The position numbers and the translations under genes are program-made. Below, piece by piece: positions 17,770 to 27,826 of a stretch of 63,800 nt of DNA. The notes beneath the pieces are model-generated. The model did no database searches. It worked only from the letters and a program-made list of their open reading frames with translations, and had not been told where the DNA came from. Source of the DNA: Thermoplasmatota archaeon (GTDB taxonomy: Archaea; Thermoplasmatota; E2; DHVEG-1); NCBI GenBank assembly GCA_016932245.1, contig JAFGDG010000086.1:1-63800 (forward strand), read 5' to 3'. Position 1 is the first letter of the stretch. Each line of letters starts with the position of its first letter.

Positions 17770-20700
17770 GTGAAACTAATGCGAAAGCGGGCACAAAGAA
17801 GAAGTAAACTCCTTGAGGAAGAACCAAAGCACATCGCTCAAAAATCCAAATTTATACCAGAAATAAAACAATCAAAAACAAGAAAAAATTGGTGGATTGC
17901 TGTTGCACTGCTGGGAATATTTCTGATGGTTTTATTTTTTAACACCTATTTTAATTTTACATCGGGACAAGCTATTAATCCAGAGGGCACAACCCTTTCG
18001 ACGAAATTTTATCTTTCGGGCCCTGATCCTTACTATAATATGCGGATGATAGAAGGAACTATGGAAACAGGGCATTATGCATTTTATTCAGAGCCCGACC
18101 CTCTGTTAAATTATCCTATTGGGAAGTCGGGAGGCCGTCCGCCGCTTTTCAATATGATGGCAATAGGATTTAGTAGATTGCTGAGCCCGTTTATGGACGA
18201 AATTGATGCTGTTGGATACTCAATGCAGTTTGTACCGGCATTATTTGGTGCATTGTTAGTCATTCCTGTCTACTTTATTGGAGCGGCGATATTTGGTAAA
18301 CGAGCAGGCATTATTGCTGCACTATTTACTGCAATAATCCCCATTCATCTTAGCTCAGGACACGGGTCTGCCTATTCTCTTTTTGACCACGATTCATTCA
18401 ATCTTCTCCTTTATTTCTTAACATTTATGTTTCTGGTGAAAGCAATCAAAGAAAAAGATACTACGAGATCATTCTTCTTTGCCGTTCTTGCAGGAATCCC
18501 TCTTGCAGGGCTTTCCATGACCTGGGTCGAAGCACGATTCCTTTATGTTGTCATTGCTCTTTATGCCATTATACAAATGGTTGTTGATATTTTTATCAGC
18601 AAGATAAATTATAGAGTGGGACTCGCAACCGCCACTGTTTTATCAACAGGATACCTTGTTTCGTTGCCAGTTACTGCAGCGAAATTAGGAGGGTTTAGGG
18701 CAGACATCCCTCTATTTCTTGCCGCTGGTATTGGCGCCTTTGCCGGGATTTATTATCTGTTTGGCAGAAAAAAAATTCCTTGGACGATATCCTTGCCTGC
18801 TGTGTTTAGTATTGGGGGTATTGGGCTTTTTTTCCTTTATTTTATCCAAGACATCGTCAAAATCATGCCCTTTTTGTCAGGACTAACTCGACTATCTTCT
18901 ATCTTATATGGTAGCGGCATTTACGGCAGCAAAGTGTCGATGACGATTGCGGAGGCAAATACCTATAATATTAGCCACACTGTTATGTCATTTGGCCCCG
19001 TTCTCTATTGGCTTGGTTTCTTTGGTTTTGTCCTCTTGGCATATTACTTTTACAAAAATAATCAAAAGCGAGAATATCTGTTTATTCTTGTCTTATTTCT
19101 TTTAAGCCTTTGGCTTACAGGAACAGCAGGGCGTTTTCTTAATGATATGGTGCCTATTGTTGCCTTGCTTGGCGGTTGGTTAACTGTAATCATTGTCGAT
19201 AAAATTGATTATAAACAGATGATTAGAAACATCAAAAGCGCTGGCGGAGGAATTCATGGCTTACGACGAGGAGTAAAGTTTCTTCATATCTTTGGTATCG
19301 TCTTTATTGCGGTTCTCGTAATCTTCCCCAATGCCTATTTGGCACTTGACTCTGCTGTGCCAAGCACAAAAAAGAACGACATATTCACCATTGAGTTTGG
19401 AGATATTGCGATTAAATTACCGAATGGTGCGTATGGTTTGCCCTATGGGAAAGAGGCATATTGGGTTGCTGCCTATGATTGGCTTAATAATCAAGATACA
19501 GCCATCGAAGACCCTGCGGCAAGGCCAGGATATATCTCGTGGTGGGACTATGGTTTTTATGAAGCAGCAATCGGCGGGCATCCGACCGTTGCTGATAACT
19601 TCCAGGACGGAATACCTCCTGCTTCAAATTTTCATACTGCGACTAGTGAGGAAGAGGCCGTTGCTGTCTGGGTAGTACGCCTTTTGGAGGGAAATGTTGA
19701 AGCAAATGGAGGGCATCTGTCCAGTGCTGTTGTCGAAGTGTTAGACCGCCATGTTGCTAACGATTCCACTAACATCAGACAATGGATTGAAGATCCTACC
19801 TCATCCCCATCATATAATACTCCTATTGCTGAAGAATATGATGAAAACCTCAGTAAACAATGGAGGGTTGGAGAGCAATGGACAACAAATGCCCCTTACC
19901 ATGATATCACTGAGGTATTAGTTGACAGATTAGATGATGAAGGAATCACTTGGTTGTATCTTGATATCCAGGAGGCAACGGGTTATAGTATCCGCTATTA
20001 CGGTGTAGAAGGGTATGACAAACAAATTTTCAATATCTTCGGCTTTTTGGCTGATAAAAGCTTGTTGCTTGTTGCTGGCGGTGACTCCAATCCTGAGGAT
20101 GATTTTGTACAAGTTCGATACGTTACCCAAAATAACAAAGAATTGACCTACGCAGACATTCAAACCATGTCGAAAGAAGAATTGCAGAGGGATCCACCGG
20201 TCAACACAAAAACGTATTATAAAGACGCCTATTTTGAAACCATGTTTTATCGCACATACGTCGGCCCTGCTGAAGGAACATCAGGGAATAAGCAGGAACC
20301 AAATTATCAACTTCCCTGCCTCAATATGCGACATTTCTATGCAGAATACCTCTCTGATTTCTCAGAATACCAATATTATACGAATAAAGGGGCGGTAGTC
20401 ATCGCAAGATATTATGCAGGGGCACGTATCAACGGATCTGTAACGTTTAATGGTGAACCGGTTGATGCACAAGTTGTTGTCCAAAAAAATCTTTCATATT
20501 TGGAGAACTTTTCAATCCCCATTGATCACGATAAAATAAATATCGATGCAGCAGGTCATTTTAATTTGATTGCCCCTGCAGGGGAAATCCGTCTACAAAT
20601 TAAAAAATTTCCGAACACTATTTACGAGGTCATCTTAGCAAATGTATCCTTCAGTAGCACTACCGATCCTCTCTATTATCCCATATCTGATGATGAAGCA

Positions 20701-21636
20701 ATGCGAAGGACAGAATCATACGAGAGATATGTTGACGTTAGCATTGATCCTTCTGCAATGGAAGGATATGTTTTTGATTCCAGCAATGCCCCGCTACCAG
20801 AAACCAGTCTTACGTTTTATGAAATTTCTCAAACAGGATCGCCCCTGCTGGCATCTTCAGCAACCACGAATGAGCAGGGGCACTACAACGTATCAGGGTT
20901 GGAGCCAGGCATCTATATCGTTACTGCAGAATACGATGGATATGTTATTCATGAAACTAGCCAAGATCCTGTGAAGCTGCTGCCTGGAAAAATGATGTAT
21001 AATATAACCAAACCTAACGAAGGTGAAGTCGAAGGGACCATCTATTATGATGCCAACGAGAATGACGAATATGATCTTGGAGAAGAAATGAGCGAAATTG
21101 AGGTTGAACTTCGCTACCAAATGGCGGACGGAACCATAATACTTGTCGATTCACTGGTTACTGGCGAGACTGGGCGATACTACTTTGATGCACTTCCAAC
21201 CGCAAACGTTCCAGTTTCATATATTCTTAATGCAACAGCAGTCAATATCACAACAAACTATCCTGACTATCAAACAGAACAAGCAGTAGAAATTGAGGAA
21301 AATAGGACAACCATTCAAAACCTCTCTCTCTCCATCGCTCCGATTGTGGTAAGTGGTAGAGTAACTGCCGGTGGTGCTAATATGGATAACGTCTCTCTTC
21401 TCTTTGACAGTAATCCTGTGATCGAAAATAATACTGCGCAAAAGAATGAAGCCACTTCAGATGAGCAAGGCCACTACACCATTCATCTTACTCCAGGATA
21501 CTACAATGTGACTGCTGAAACAGCGGTTAATATAAGTGGCGAGGAAGTCGTCTATACTTTTAGCGGAGTATTACATGTTAAAATGGGAGAAGGAATAAAG
21601 TCGTTCAATATTATTATGGCAAAAGAAGAAACGTAA
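17770..21636 (+). CDS. aglB: Oligosaccharyltransferase AglB (STT3) with C-terminal beta-sandwich repeats
   Basis: GPDPYY, DHD, TIAE, WWDYG, ADNFQ, DK motif; carboxypeptidase-regulatory-like repeats. Confidence 0.93.
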   Translation: MKLMRKRAQRRSKLLEEEPKHIAQKSKFIPEIKQSKTRKNWWIAVALLGIFLMVLFFNTYFNFTSGQAINPEGTTLSTKFYLSGPDPYYNMRMIEGTMETGHYAFYSEPDPLLNYPIGKSGGRPPLFNMMAIGFSRLLSPFMDEIDAVGYSMQFVPALFGALLVIPVYFIGAAIFGKRAGIIAALFTAIIPIHLSSGHGSAYSLFDHDSFNLLLYFLTFMFLVKAIKEKDTTRSFFFAVLAGIPLAGLSMTWVEARFLYVVIALYAIIQMVVDIFISKINYRVGLATATVLSTGYLVSLPVTAAKLGGFRADIPLFLAAGIGAFAGIYYLFGRKKIPWTISLPAVFSIGGIGLFFLYFIQDIVKIMPFLSGLTRLSSILYGSGIYGSKVSMTIAEANTYNISHTVMSFGPVLYWLGFFGFVLLAYYFYKNNQKREYLFILVLFLLSLWLTGTAGRFLNDMVPIVALLGGWLTVIIVDKIDYKQMIRNIKSAGGGIHGLRRGVKFLHIFGIVFIAVLVIFPNAYLALDSAVPSTKKNDIFTIEFGDIAIKLPNGAYGLPYGKEAYWVAAYDWLNNQDTAIEDPAARPGYISWWDYGFYEAAIGGHPTVADNFQDGIPPASNFHTATSEEEAVAVWVVRLLEGNVEANGGHLSSAVVEVLDRHVANDSTNIRQWIEDPTSSPSYNTPIAEEYDENLSKQWRVGEQWTTNAPYHDITEVLVDRLDDEGITWLYLDIQEATGYSIRYYGVEGYDKQIFNIFGFLADKSLLLVAGGDSNPEDDFVQVRYVTQNNKELTYADIQTMSKEELQRDPPVNTKTYYKDAYFETMFYRTYVGPAEGTSGNKQEPNYQLPCLNMRHFYAEYLSDFSEYQYYTNKGAVVIARYYAGARINGSVTFNGEPVDAQVVVQKNLSYLENFSIPIDHDKINIDAAGHFNLIAPAGEIRLQIKKFPNTIYEVILANVSFSSTTDPLYYPISDDEAMRRTESYERYVDVSIDPSAMEGYVFDSSNAPLPETSLTFYEISQTGSPLLASSATTNEQGHYNVSGLEPGIYIVTAEYDGYVIHETSQDPVKLLPGKMMYNITKPNEGEVEGTIYYDANENDEYDLGEEMSEIEVELRYQMADGTIILVDSLVTGETGRYYFDALPTANVPVSYILNATAVNITTNYPDYQTEQAVEIEENRTTIQNLSLSIAPIVVSGRVTAGGANMDNVSLLFDSNPVIENNTAQKNEATSDEQGHYTIHLTPGYYNVTAETAVNISGEEVVYTFSGVLHVKMGEGIKSFNIIMAKEET

Positions 21637-21687
21637 TTCCTTCTTTTAACCAAATTTTATTTAATCAACTTGTAAATACTTTATACT

Positions 21688-22296
21688 ATGCTTACGCTGG
21701 AGGAAGGAAAAAAGGCAGTAACCTATGCAAGAGCGGTTATTGAACAATCTGTCTGTTCTTCCACCAGTCCACTGTCTGAACTACCTACAAGCTTTTCAGA
21801 AGAACATGGTGCCTTTGTTACCATTCATACATATCCTGCTCGCAATTTGAGGGGATGTATCGGTATACCGCTTCCTGTTATGTCGTTACAAGATGCAATA
21901 ACTGAGGGGGCAAAGTCGGCGACAAGAGACCCTCGGTTTCCTCCTCTGCAGGAAAGCGAGATCGATACTATTGTTATTGAAGTCACCATTTTAACATCGC
22001 CTGAAGAAATAACGGCCCATGTCCCCCAAGACTATCTCAACGAAATTGAAATTGGACGTGATGGATTGATTGTTGAGCAAGGATTTTTTAAAGGTCTACT
22101 TTTGCCCCAGGTTCCTATTGAACAGGGCTGGGATAAAGAAGAATTTCTTTCACATACCTGTATGAAAGCAGGTCTGCCACCAGACGCATGGTTTGAAAAA
22201 ACGACAAAAATATTAAAATTCAATGGGCAAGTGTTTACTGAATTACAACCACGGGGAGAAATAAAGGAGAAGAAGCTCGATGGATATGATTCTTGA
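21688..22296 (+). CDS. AMMECR1-domain protein (TIGR00296 family)
   Basis: GAFVT, LRGCIG, DPRFPP, GLLLPQV, CMKAG. Confidence 0.93.
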   Translation: MLTLEEGKKAVTYARAVIEQSVCSSTSPLSELPTSFSEEHGAFVTIHTYPARNLRGCIGIPLPVMSLQDAITEGAKSATRDPRFPPLQESEIDTIVIEVTILTSPEEITAHVPQDYLNEIEIGRDGLIVEQGFFKGLLLPQVPIEQGWDKEEFLSHTCMKAGLPPDAWFEKTTKILKFNGQVFTELQPRGEIKEKKLDGYDS

Positions 22297-23563
22297 AGGA
22301 AAAGCATTTGTCAATGGTTCATTTGAGCACTGCTGTATTGGCATTTCCAATGGAAAAATTTTATCCATAAAAAAAATATTGAAAGGAGACCAACATCTTA
22401 TTTTTAAAAATAAGTTACTTCTCCCTGCAGCAATTGATATTCATGTTCATTTTCGTGATCCAGGCATGACTGCAAAAGAAGATTTTGCTACAGGCTCTCT
22501 CGCAGCAGCTTATGGGGGTACTTCATGTGTATGTGACATGCCCAATACATTACCGGCAACAACGACAATTCAAGATATTATCAAGAAAAAAACATTAGCA
22601 AACCGCAAATCATTTGTTGATTTTGGGGTGTACGCAGGTATTACCGATGCAAACAGTAATTCTCTATCATCCCTAGCTCAACACTGCAATGGATTTAAGA
22701 TATACTTGGGAAGCTCAACGAATGCCTTGTTGTTGCCGCCCAATAAGTTGATGGATGTATTTTATCAAGCTAGCAAAGTAAAGAAACCGCTTTTCATTCA
22801 TGCTGAAGACGAATCTTGCCTTCTCAATCATAAAAAAGTAGAACACACGTTGGCCGATCATCTTCAGGGTCGTCCTGCTGTGTGTGAAGAGCAGGCAATA
22901 CAAAAGATACTGACGGCATCATCCTCTTTTTTAACCCCGATTCATATTTGCCATCTTTCTTCTTGTGAAGGATTGGAACTGCTTAAAAAACGACCAACGC
23001 ATATCACTTGTGGTGTCACTCCCCATCACACTCTTTTGAATGCAGAACAGCATTTTCCCTCTCAATCTTGTTATAAAGTGAATCCTCCGTTGAGAACGCG
23101 GTTGGATAAAGAATCACTTTTTGATGCCCTCGCTCACGACACGATAGACATTTTAGAATCCGATCATGCTCCTCATACACTTGAGGAAAAACAGCAAGAA
23201 TTTGATGCAGCGCCTTCGGGGGTTCCTGGGGTAGAAACAATGGTTCCACTATTTTTGTATCTTACAAAAAAGCAGCAACTATCGTTTCAACAGATGACAT
23301 CTCTTTTATGTGCCCGCCCTGGAGAGATACTTGCTGTCCCAAAGGGAAAACTACAACCAGGATATGATGCTGATATCATGGTAGTCGATTTGAAAAAAGA
23401 AACAAAAATTACTGCGGATATGTTGCATTCCAAGTGTGGATGGACACCTTTTGAAAAATTCCCTGCAATTTTTCCCTTGCATCTTTTTATTCGAGGAGAA
23501 AAGCTTATAGAAGATCGAGAAATCCAGGTAAGTCGAGGATTTGGACAGTATATTGGAGAGTAA
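22280..23563 (+). CDS. pyrC: Dihydroorotase
   Basis: DIHVHFRDPG, DMPNT, HAED, HICHLS, KVNPPLR, SDHAPH. Confidence 0.88.
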   Translation: MDMILEGKAFVNGSFEHCCIGISNGKILSIKKILKGDQHLIFKNKLLLPAAIDIHVHFRDPGMTAKEDFATGSLAAAYGGTSCVCDMPNTLPATTTIQDIIKKKTLANRKSFVDFGVYAGITDANSNSLSSLAQHCNGFKIYLGSSTNALLLPPNKLMDVFYQASKVKKPLFIHAEDESCLLNHKKVEHTLADHLQGRPAVCEEQAIQKILTASSSFLTPIHICHLSSCEGLELLKKRPTHITCGVTPHHTLLNAEQHFPSQSCYKVNPPLRTRLDKESLFDALAHDTIDILESDHAPHTLEEKQQEFDAAPSGVPGVETMVPLFLYLTKKQQLSFQQMTSLLCARPGEILAVPKGKLQPGYDADIMVVDLKKETKITADMLHSKCGWTPFEKFPAIFPLHLFIRGEKLIEDREIQVSRGFGQYIGE

Positions 23564-23566
23564 GTC

Positions 23567-24052
23567 ATGCTTGAAATGATTCCCTTGTGGTTACGCATTT
23601 TCGTCTTTTCTATGATTCCTTGGCTCGAATCACGATATGTTGTCCCCTTTGCCATGCTAAATTCTAATCTTGCTTGGTGGCAAGTTTTTCCTATAGCAGT
23701 GATTGGCAACATGCTTCCTGTGCCATTTATCCTCTTATTTTTTCGATTCATTGAGAAATTCTTGCGGCGATACCACTTTTGGGCAAGCATCATGGATTGG
23801 TTATTCGCTCGTACGAGAGCCCGAGCAGACACAAAAATTCGGCACTATGAACATCTCGCTCTTTTGCTCTTTGTGGCTGTACCCTTGCCTTTTACAGGCG
23901 CATGGACAGGGTCATTAATCGCCTATTTGTTTGATTTAAAGTTTTCTAAGTCTGTAATTACTATCTTTGTTGGTGTGCTTATCGCAGCATCAATTATGAC
24001 CGTTTTAGTGCTAACCGGGCAACATCTCTGGTTAATTTTTAGTAGATACTAG
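23567..24052 (+). CDS. COG2426 small multidrug-export-like membrane protein
   Basis: SMIPWLESRY, GNMLPVP, FVAVPLPFTGAWTG. Confidence 0.88.
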   Translation: MLEMIPLWLRIFVFSMIPWLESRYVVPFAMLNSNLAWWQVFPIAVIGNMLPVPFILLFFRFIEKFLRRYHFWASIMDWLFARTRARADTKIRHYEHLALLLFVAVPLPFTGAWTGSLIAYLFDLKFSKSVITIFVGVLIAASIMTVLVLTGQHLWLIFSRY

Positions 24053-24066
24053 TTGGGAGTATCGGC

Positions 24067-24846
24067 ATGGATGAAGAGATTAAACACTTGGCCATAACGG
24101 TCGTGAATAAAGTTTTTCGTGGTATAAGAAAGGCGGGAAAGGACAACTTTGCTAAATGGAATACAAATGTTGGTATTGGTGCTGACGGAACACCGACAAA
24201 ATATATTGACAAACTTGCAGAAGACATTGCACTTACGTATCTTAGCAAGCCAAGCACACCAGTCAACATCCTCTCTGAAGAAGTAGGCTTTATCGATAAC
24301 GACGCAGATTACACATTTGTACTGGATCCTGTTGACGGCACTCGCAACGCTTGTCGTGGCATCCCCTTCTATACAGTTTCTCTTGCCATTGGTAAAAAAT
24401 CGCTTGATGATATTGAATATGGCATAGTTAAAAACATTCCAACGGGGGATCTGTTTCTTGCAGAAAAAGGCCGAGGCACCTACTATAATAACAATCGCAT
24501 TGCCATTCCAGAAGTTCCTGCAAGCGAGCTGCTTTCTTCCCTATCGTTGGGGAAAAATTTCGATGAAATCACGCTATCTCTTGCGCAGAGAGAGAAAGTA
24601 CGGTCTCTTGGTTCGGCTTCCCTTGAGATGTGCATGGTTGCAAGCGGTGCCTTGGATGTCTATGTGGTAGGAAACGCATATCTTCGGGTGACTGACATTG
24701 CTGCGTCAACGCTTATTGTCCGAGAGGCAGGAGGCATTGTTGCGGATAGTAATGGAAAACGATTAAACATGCCCTTAACTCTCGATGAGAGGACAGGAGT
24801 TATTGCTGCAGGTAACCGTGAACTCATCAAGTGGGCACGTTCATAA
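24067..24846 (+). CDS. suhB: Inositol monophosphatase/FBPase (SuhB/FIG family)
   Basis: GADGTPT, SEE, DPVDGT, RSLGS, DIAA. Confidence 0.85.
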   Translation: MDEEIKHLAITVVNKVFRGIRKAGKDNFAKWNTNVGIGADGTPTKYIDKLAEDIALTYLSKPSTPVNILSEEVGFIDNDADYTFVLDPVDGTRNACRGIPFYTVSLAIGKKSLDDIEYGIVKNIPTGDLFLAEKGRGTYYNNNRIAIPEVPASELLSSLSLGKNFDEITLSLAQREKVRSLGSASLEMCMVASGALDVYVVGNAYLRVTDIAASTLIVREAGGIVADSNGKRLNMPLTLDERTGVIAAGNRELIKWARS

Positions 24847-24887
24847 CGTAAACATTTTATATAGTTGAGTTTCATTGCGGTGCTCAG

Positions 24888-25625
24888 ATGACCATTGTTC
24901 AGGATCTCTTGAAAAAGGTGAAAAATAAACCCTTACATCTTTCACTTCTTGATCCCGATAAGCAACCACCTGATGTAGCAGGTATTGTTGCAAAGGAAGT
25001 AACTGATGCGGGCAGTAGTGCCATTATGGTTGGCGGGTCCACCATCGCGTCGCAGACACAAGTTGATGATACCGTTAAAGCAATTAAATCACATACCTCT
25101 CTTCCTGTGATTTTATTTCCTTCTGGTGCACAATTTTTAAGCAAATATGCTGACGCGGTTTTTTTTATGAGCCTGTTAAATTCTCGAAATCTTGGATATA
25201 TTATTCGCGAACACGTCAAAGGTGCACCGTTTGTAAGAAAGGTAGGCATTGAACCCATTTCGATGGGCTATGTGATTGTTGAGCCAGGTATGACTGCTGG
25301 AAAAGTAGGTGAGTGCGATCTGGTTAAAAGGAATGATATTGACACTGCAGTAGGGTATGCGTTGGCAGCACAATATCTTGGGATGAGCTTTTTCTATCTT
25401 GAGGCAGGATCTGGTGCTCCTGATCCTGTGCCAAACGCCATGATTTCTGCCGTGAAAAAAAACATTGATATCCCTCTCGTTGTCGGCGGCGGCATTAGAA
25501 ATAAGCATACTGCACAAGAAAAAGTACAAGCTGGGGCCGATATTATCATTACGGGGACGGCTCTTGAAAAGGAAAGACGTGTTGGTGAGGCCCTGCGGGA
25601 AATAATACATGTTATTGAGGCATAG
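24888..25625 (+). CDS. Geranylgeranylglyceryl phosphate synthase (group II)
   Basis: LLDPDK, MVGGS, ILFP, FMSLLNS, YLEAGSGA, VGGGIR. Confidence 0.93.
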   Translation: MTIVQDLLKKVKNKPLHLSLLDPDKQPPDVAGIVAKEVTDAGSSAIMVGGSTIASQTQVDDTVKAIKSHTSLPVILFPSGAQFLSKYADAVFFMSLLNSRNLGYIIREHVKGAPFVRKVGIEPISMGYVIVEPGMTAGKVGECDLVKRNDIDTAVGYALAAQYLGMSFFYLEAGSGAPDPVPNAMISAVKKNIDIPLVVGGGIRNKHTAQEKVQAGADIIITGTALEKERRVGEALREIIHVIEA

Positions 25626-25631
25626 TATTTT

Positions 25632-26186
25632 ATGAGAATATTGCTAAGCATCGGGGGAGCATCAGGCGGTATTTATGGTATTAGGCTACTCGAGGAATTT
25701 AAAAAAACAGGTGCAGAAACTTATCTGATACTTTCTGATGGTGCAAAAAAAATAATTGAACATGAAACAAATTATAACGTTAAAGATTTAGAGAGACTAG
25801 CTGATTTTTACTATGAGAACAATGATATATTTGCAGGACCTGCCAGCGGCTCTTTTAAACTTGATGCAATGGTTATCTGTCCATGTAGTATGAAGACACT
25901 TTCGGCAGTAGCAAATGGTTATGGCGATACGCTTACTAGTAGAGCTGCATTTTGTATTCTTAAAGAAGAAAGAAAACTTATTCTCGTTCCTCGTGAAACG
26001 CCAATACCGTTACCGTCGATTCAAAATATGGAAAAAGCAAGATTATCAGGTGCAACAATCCTACCTGCAATGCCTGGTTTTTATCATAAACCTAAAAAGA
26101 TTGAGGATTTGGTTGATTTCGTAGTCGGTAAAATCCTTGACCAAATAGGTATTAATCATTCTCTTTTTAAACGTTGGAAATACTAA
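25632..26186 (+). CDS. ubiX: Flavin prenyltransferase UbiX
   Basis: GASGGIYG, ASGS, PCSMKTL, RAA, LKE, PRETP, PGFY. Confidence 0.93.
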   Translation: MRILLSIGGASGGIYGIRLLEEFKKTGAETYLILSDGAKKIIEHETNYNVKDLERLADFYYENNDIFAGPASGSFKLDAMVICPCSMKTLSAVANGYGDTLTSRAAFCILKEERKLILVPRETPIPLPSIQNMEKARLSGATILPAMPGFYHKPKKIEDLVDFVVGKILDQIGINHSLFKRWKY

Positions 26187-26641
26187 TGTTTACGGTTTAT
26201 TTTCTCTTTTTCTACCCTATCTAATCTTAGTGTTACGTATGCTATTATTATTGCAATTATTGGGAGCAAGTAGTTGCCTAGACCTATCATTAGCCCGACC
26301 GCGGCTATTACCCAAAGGCTTGCTGCGGTTGTTAGGCCTTTTACATCTCCTCTTAATGCAATTATACTTCCTGCACCTATGAAACTAATACCTGCGACAA
26401 CACCTGCAGCTATTCTTGTTACGTCTGCAGAACCTGCTATATCTTCAGGTATCAAGTAGAAGGATGTAATTGTAAACAAACATGCTCCCATGCATACAAA
26501 AATATGTGTTCTTAGCCCTGCAGGTTTATGGCTGATCTCTCGTTCATATCCAATAATTGCTCCAAGTATTACCGCTATAAATATTCTTAAGACAAACTCT
26601 GCTTGATTTATAAAATAACTTACGTCTATCCCATCCAACAT
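26183..26641 (-). CDS. MgtC/SapB family membrane protein
   Basis: IGYERE...AGLRTH, RIAAGVVAGISFIGAG, GLTTAASLW. Confidence 0.92.
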   Translation of the reverse strand: MLDGIDVSYFINQAEFVLRIFIAVILGAIIGYEREISHKPAGLRTHIFVCMGACLFTITSFYLIPEDIAGSADVTRIAAGVVAGISFIGAGSIIALRGDVKGLTTAASLWVIAAVGLMIGLGNYLLPIIAIIIAYVTLRLDRVEKEKINRKH

Positions 26642-26678
26642 AGGACAAGTATTCCTTTAATGTATTAAAAACCAATGC

Positions 26679-27173
26679 TTAATGTTTTTCCTTTCTTGTC
26701 GTTTTAATCACTTTGGCAGGAACTCCGCCCGCAACAGCGTAATCGGGTACGTCTTTATTGACAAAGCTTTTTGCCGAAACTACGGCGTGTTTTCCTATGG
26801 TAACGCCACATCGTATCAGACAGTCAGCTCCAATTAACGCTCGTTTTTTAACAAGTACTTTTCCCTTACGAAGTTTTTCTTGAGAATACTCATGGGCCAA
26901 GATAGTTGATCCCACACCGATGATAACATTGTCTTCGATCGTGATTAATTCTGGGAAGAAAGGGTCGATAATGGTATATGCGGCAATCACCACATTTTTG
27001 CCAACTTTTACACCAATCATTCGGTATAATGCATTTTTCATCCTAATGGAGGGAACGAGTCTACAGATGTGACACACTGTAGAATTAAAAAAGAGTTGTA
27101 ATCGACCAACATGCTTTGGATAATCAAACACAGGATTTTTTGTGCCAGTGTATGTAATATCTTCATAGTTCAT
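26679..27173 (-). CDS. Hexapeptide-repeat O-acetyltransferase, YvoF-like
   Basis: MKNALYR, DPFFPELITI, TILAHEY, DVP...GGVPAK; same motif order as Bacillus YvoF as recalled. Confidence 0.75.
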   Translation of the reverse strand: MNYEDITYTGTKNPVFDYPKHVGRLQLFFNSTVCHICRLVPSIRMKNALYRMIGVKVGKNVVIAAYTIIDPFFPELITIEDNVIIGVGSTILAHEYSQEKLRKGKVLVKKRALIGADCLIRCGVTIGKHAVVSAKSFVNKDVPDYAVAGGVPAKVIKTTRKEKH

Positions 27174-27252
27174 GATGTGACTTGCTAAACATTTGTTACA
27201 TTATTTACTTTTTTAAACAAAGAACCACACTCACAAGAAAGAGAATATGGTT

Positions 27253-27825
27253 TTATTCTTGGCACATTTTTATAAAGTTTTTGAATATCTGTCTCCCATA
27301 TTGCGTATGTTCAACTTCTGGATGGAACTGCAAGCCATAGAATGGTTTATCGTTATGTTTCATTGCCTGTACCTTACAACTTTCACTTTCAGCAAGTCGT
27401 TCAAATGTTTGTGGAAGCAGTGACACTTCATCATTATGGGACACCCAGATAGTAGATTTTTTAGGAACACCTTCAAATAGCTCATCATCTGTCAGTAATT
27501 CCAGCTCAATTTTTCCAAATTCAGGTATCTTTGATGGCGCAACCACGCCGCCAAAAAAACGAGCCATAAACTGGTGACCGGCACAAATGCCAAGTATCGG
27601 GAACTCTGCTCTTTCTAGATATTCCCAACAATTGCCAAGGTCTCCATCCAATCCAATTCGTGGGGCACCGCCCGAAAGGACAACCCCATCGACTTGCTCA
27701 ATCTCTAATTCATCAAATTCGGTCTTGTTTGGGACAATCTTTGTTTCTACCTCTAAGTCTCGGAGGGTACGCCATTCACGGTGCGTCCATTGACCGCCAT
27801 TATCGACGACATAAATTTTTGCCAT
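27253..27825 (-). CDS. guaAA: GMP synthase subunit A (glutamine amidotransferase)
   Basis: DNGGQWTHR, GICAGHQ, QFHPEV. Confidence 0.95.
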   Translation of the reverse strand: MAKIYVVDNGGQWTHREWRTLRDLEVETKIVPNKTEFDELEIEQVDGVVLSGGAPRIGLDGDLGNCWEYLERAEFPILGICAGHQFMARFFGGVVAPSKIPEFGKIELELLTDDELFEGVPKKSTIWVSHNDEVSLLPQTFERLAESESCKVQAMKHNDKPFYGLQFHPEVEHTQYGRQIFKNFIKMCQE

Positions 27826-27826
27826 G

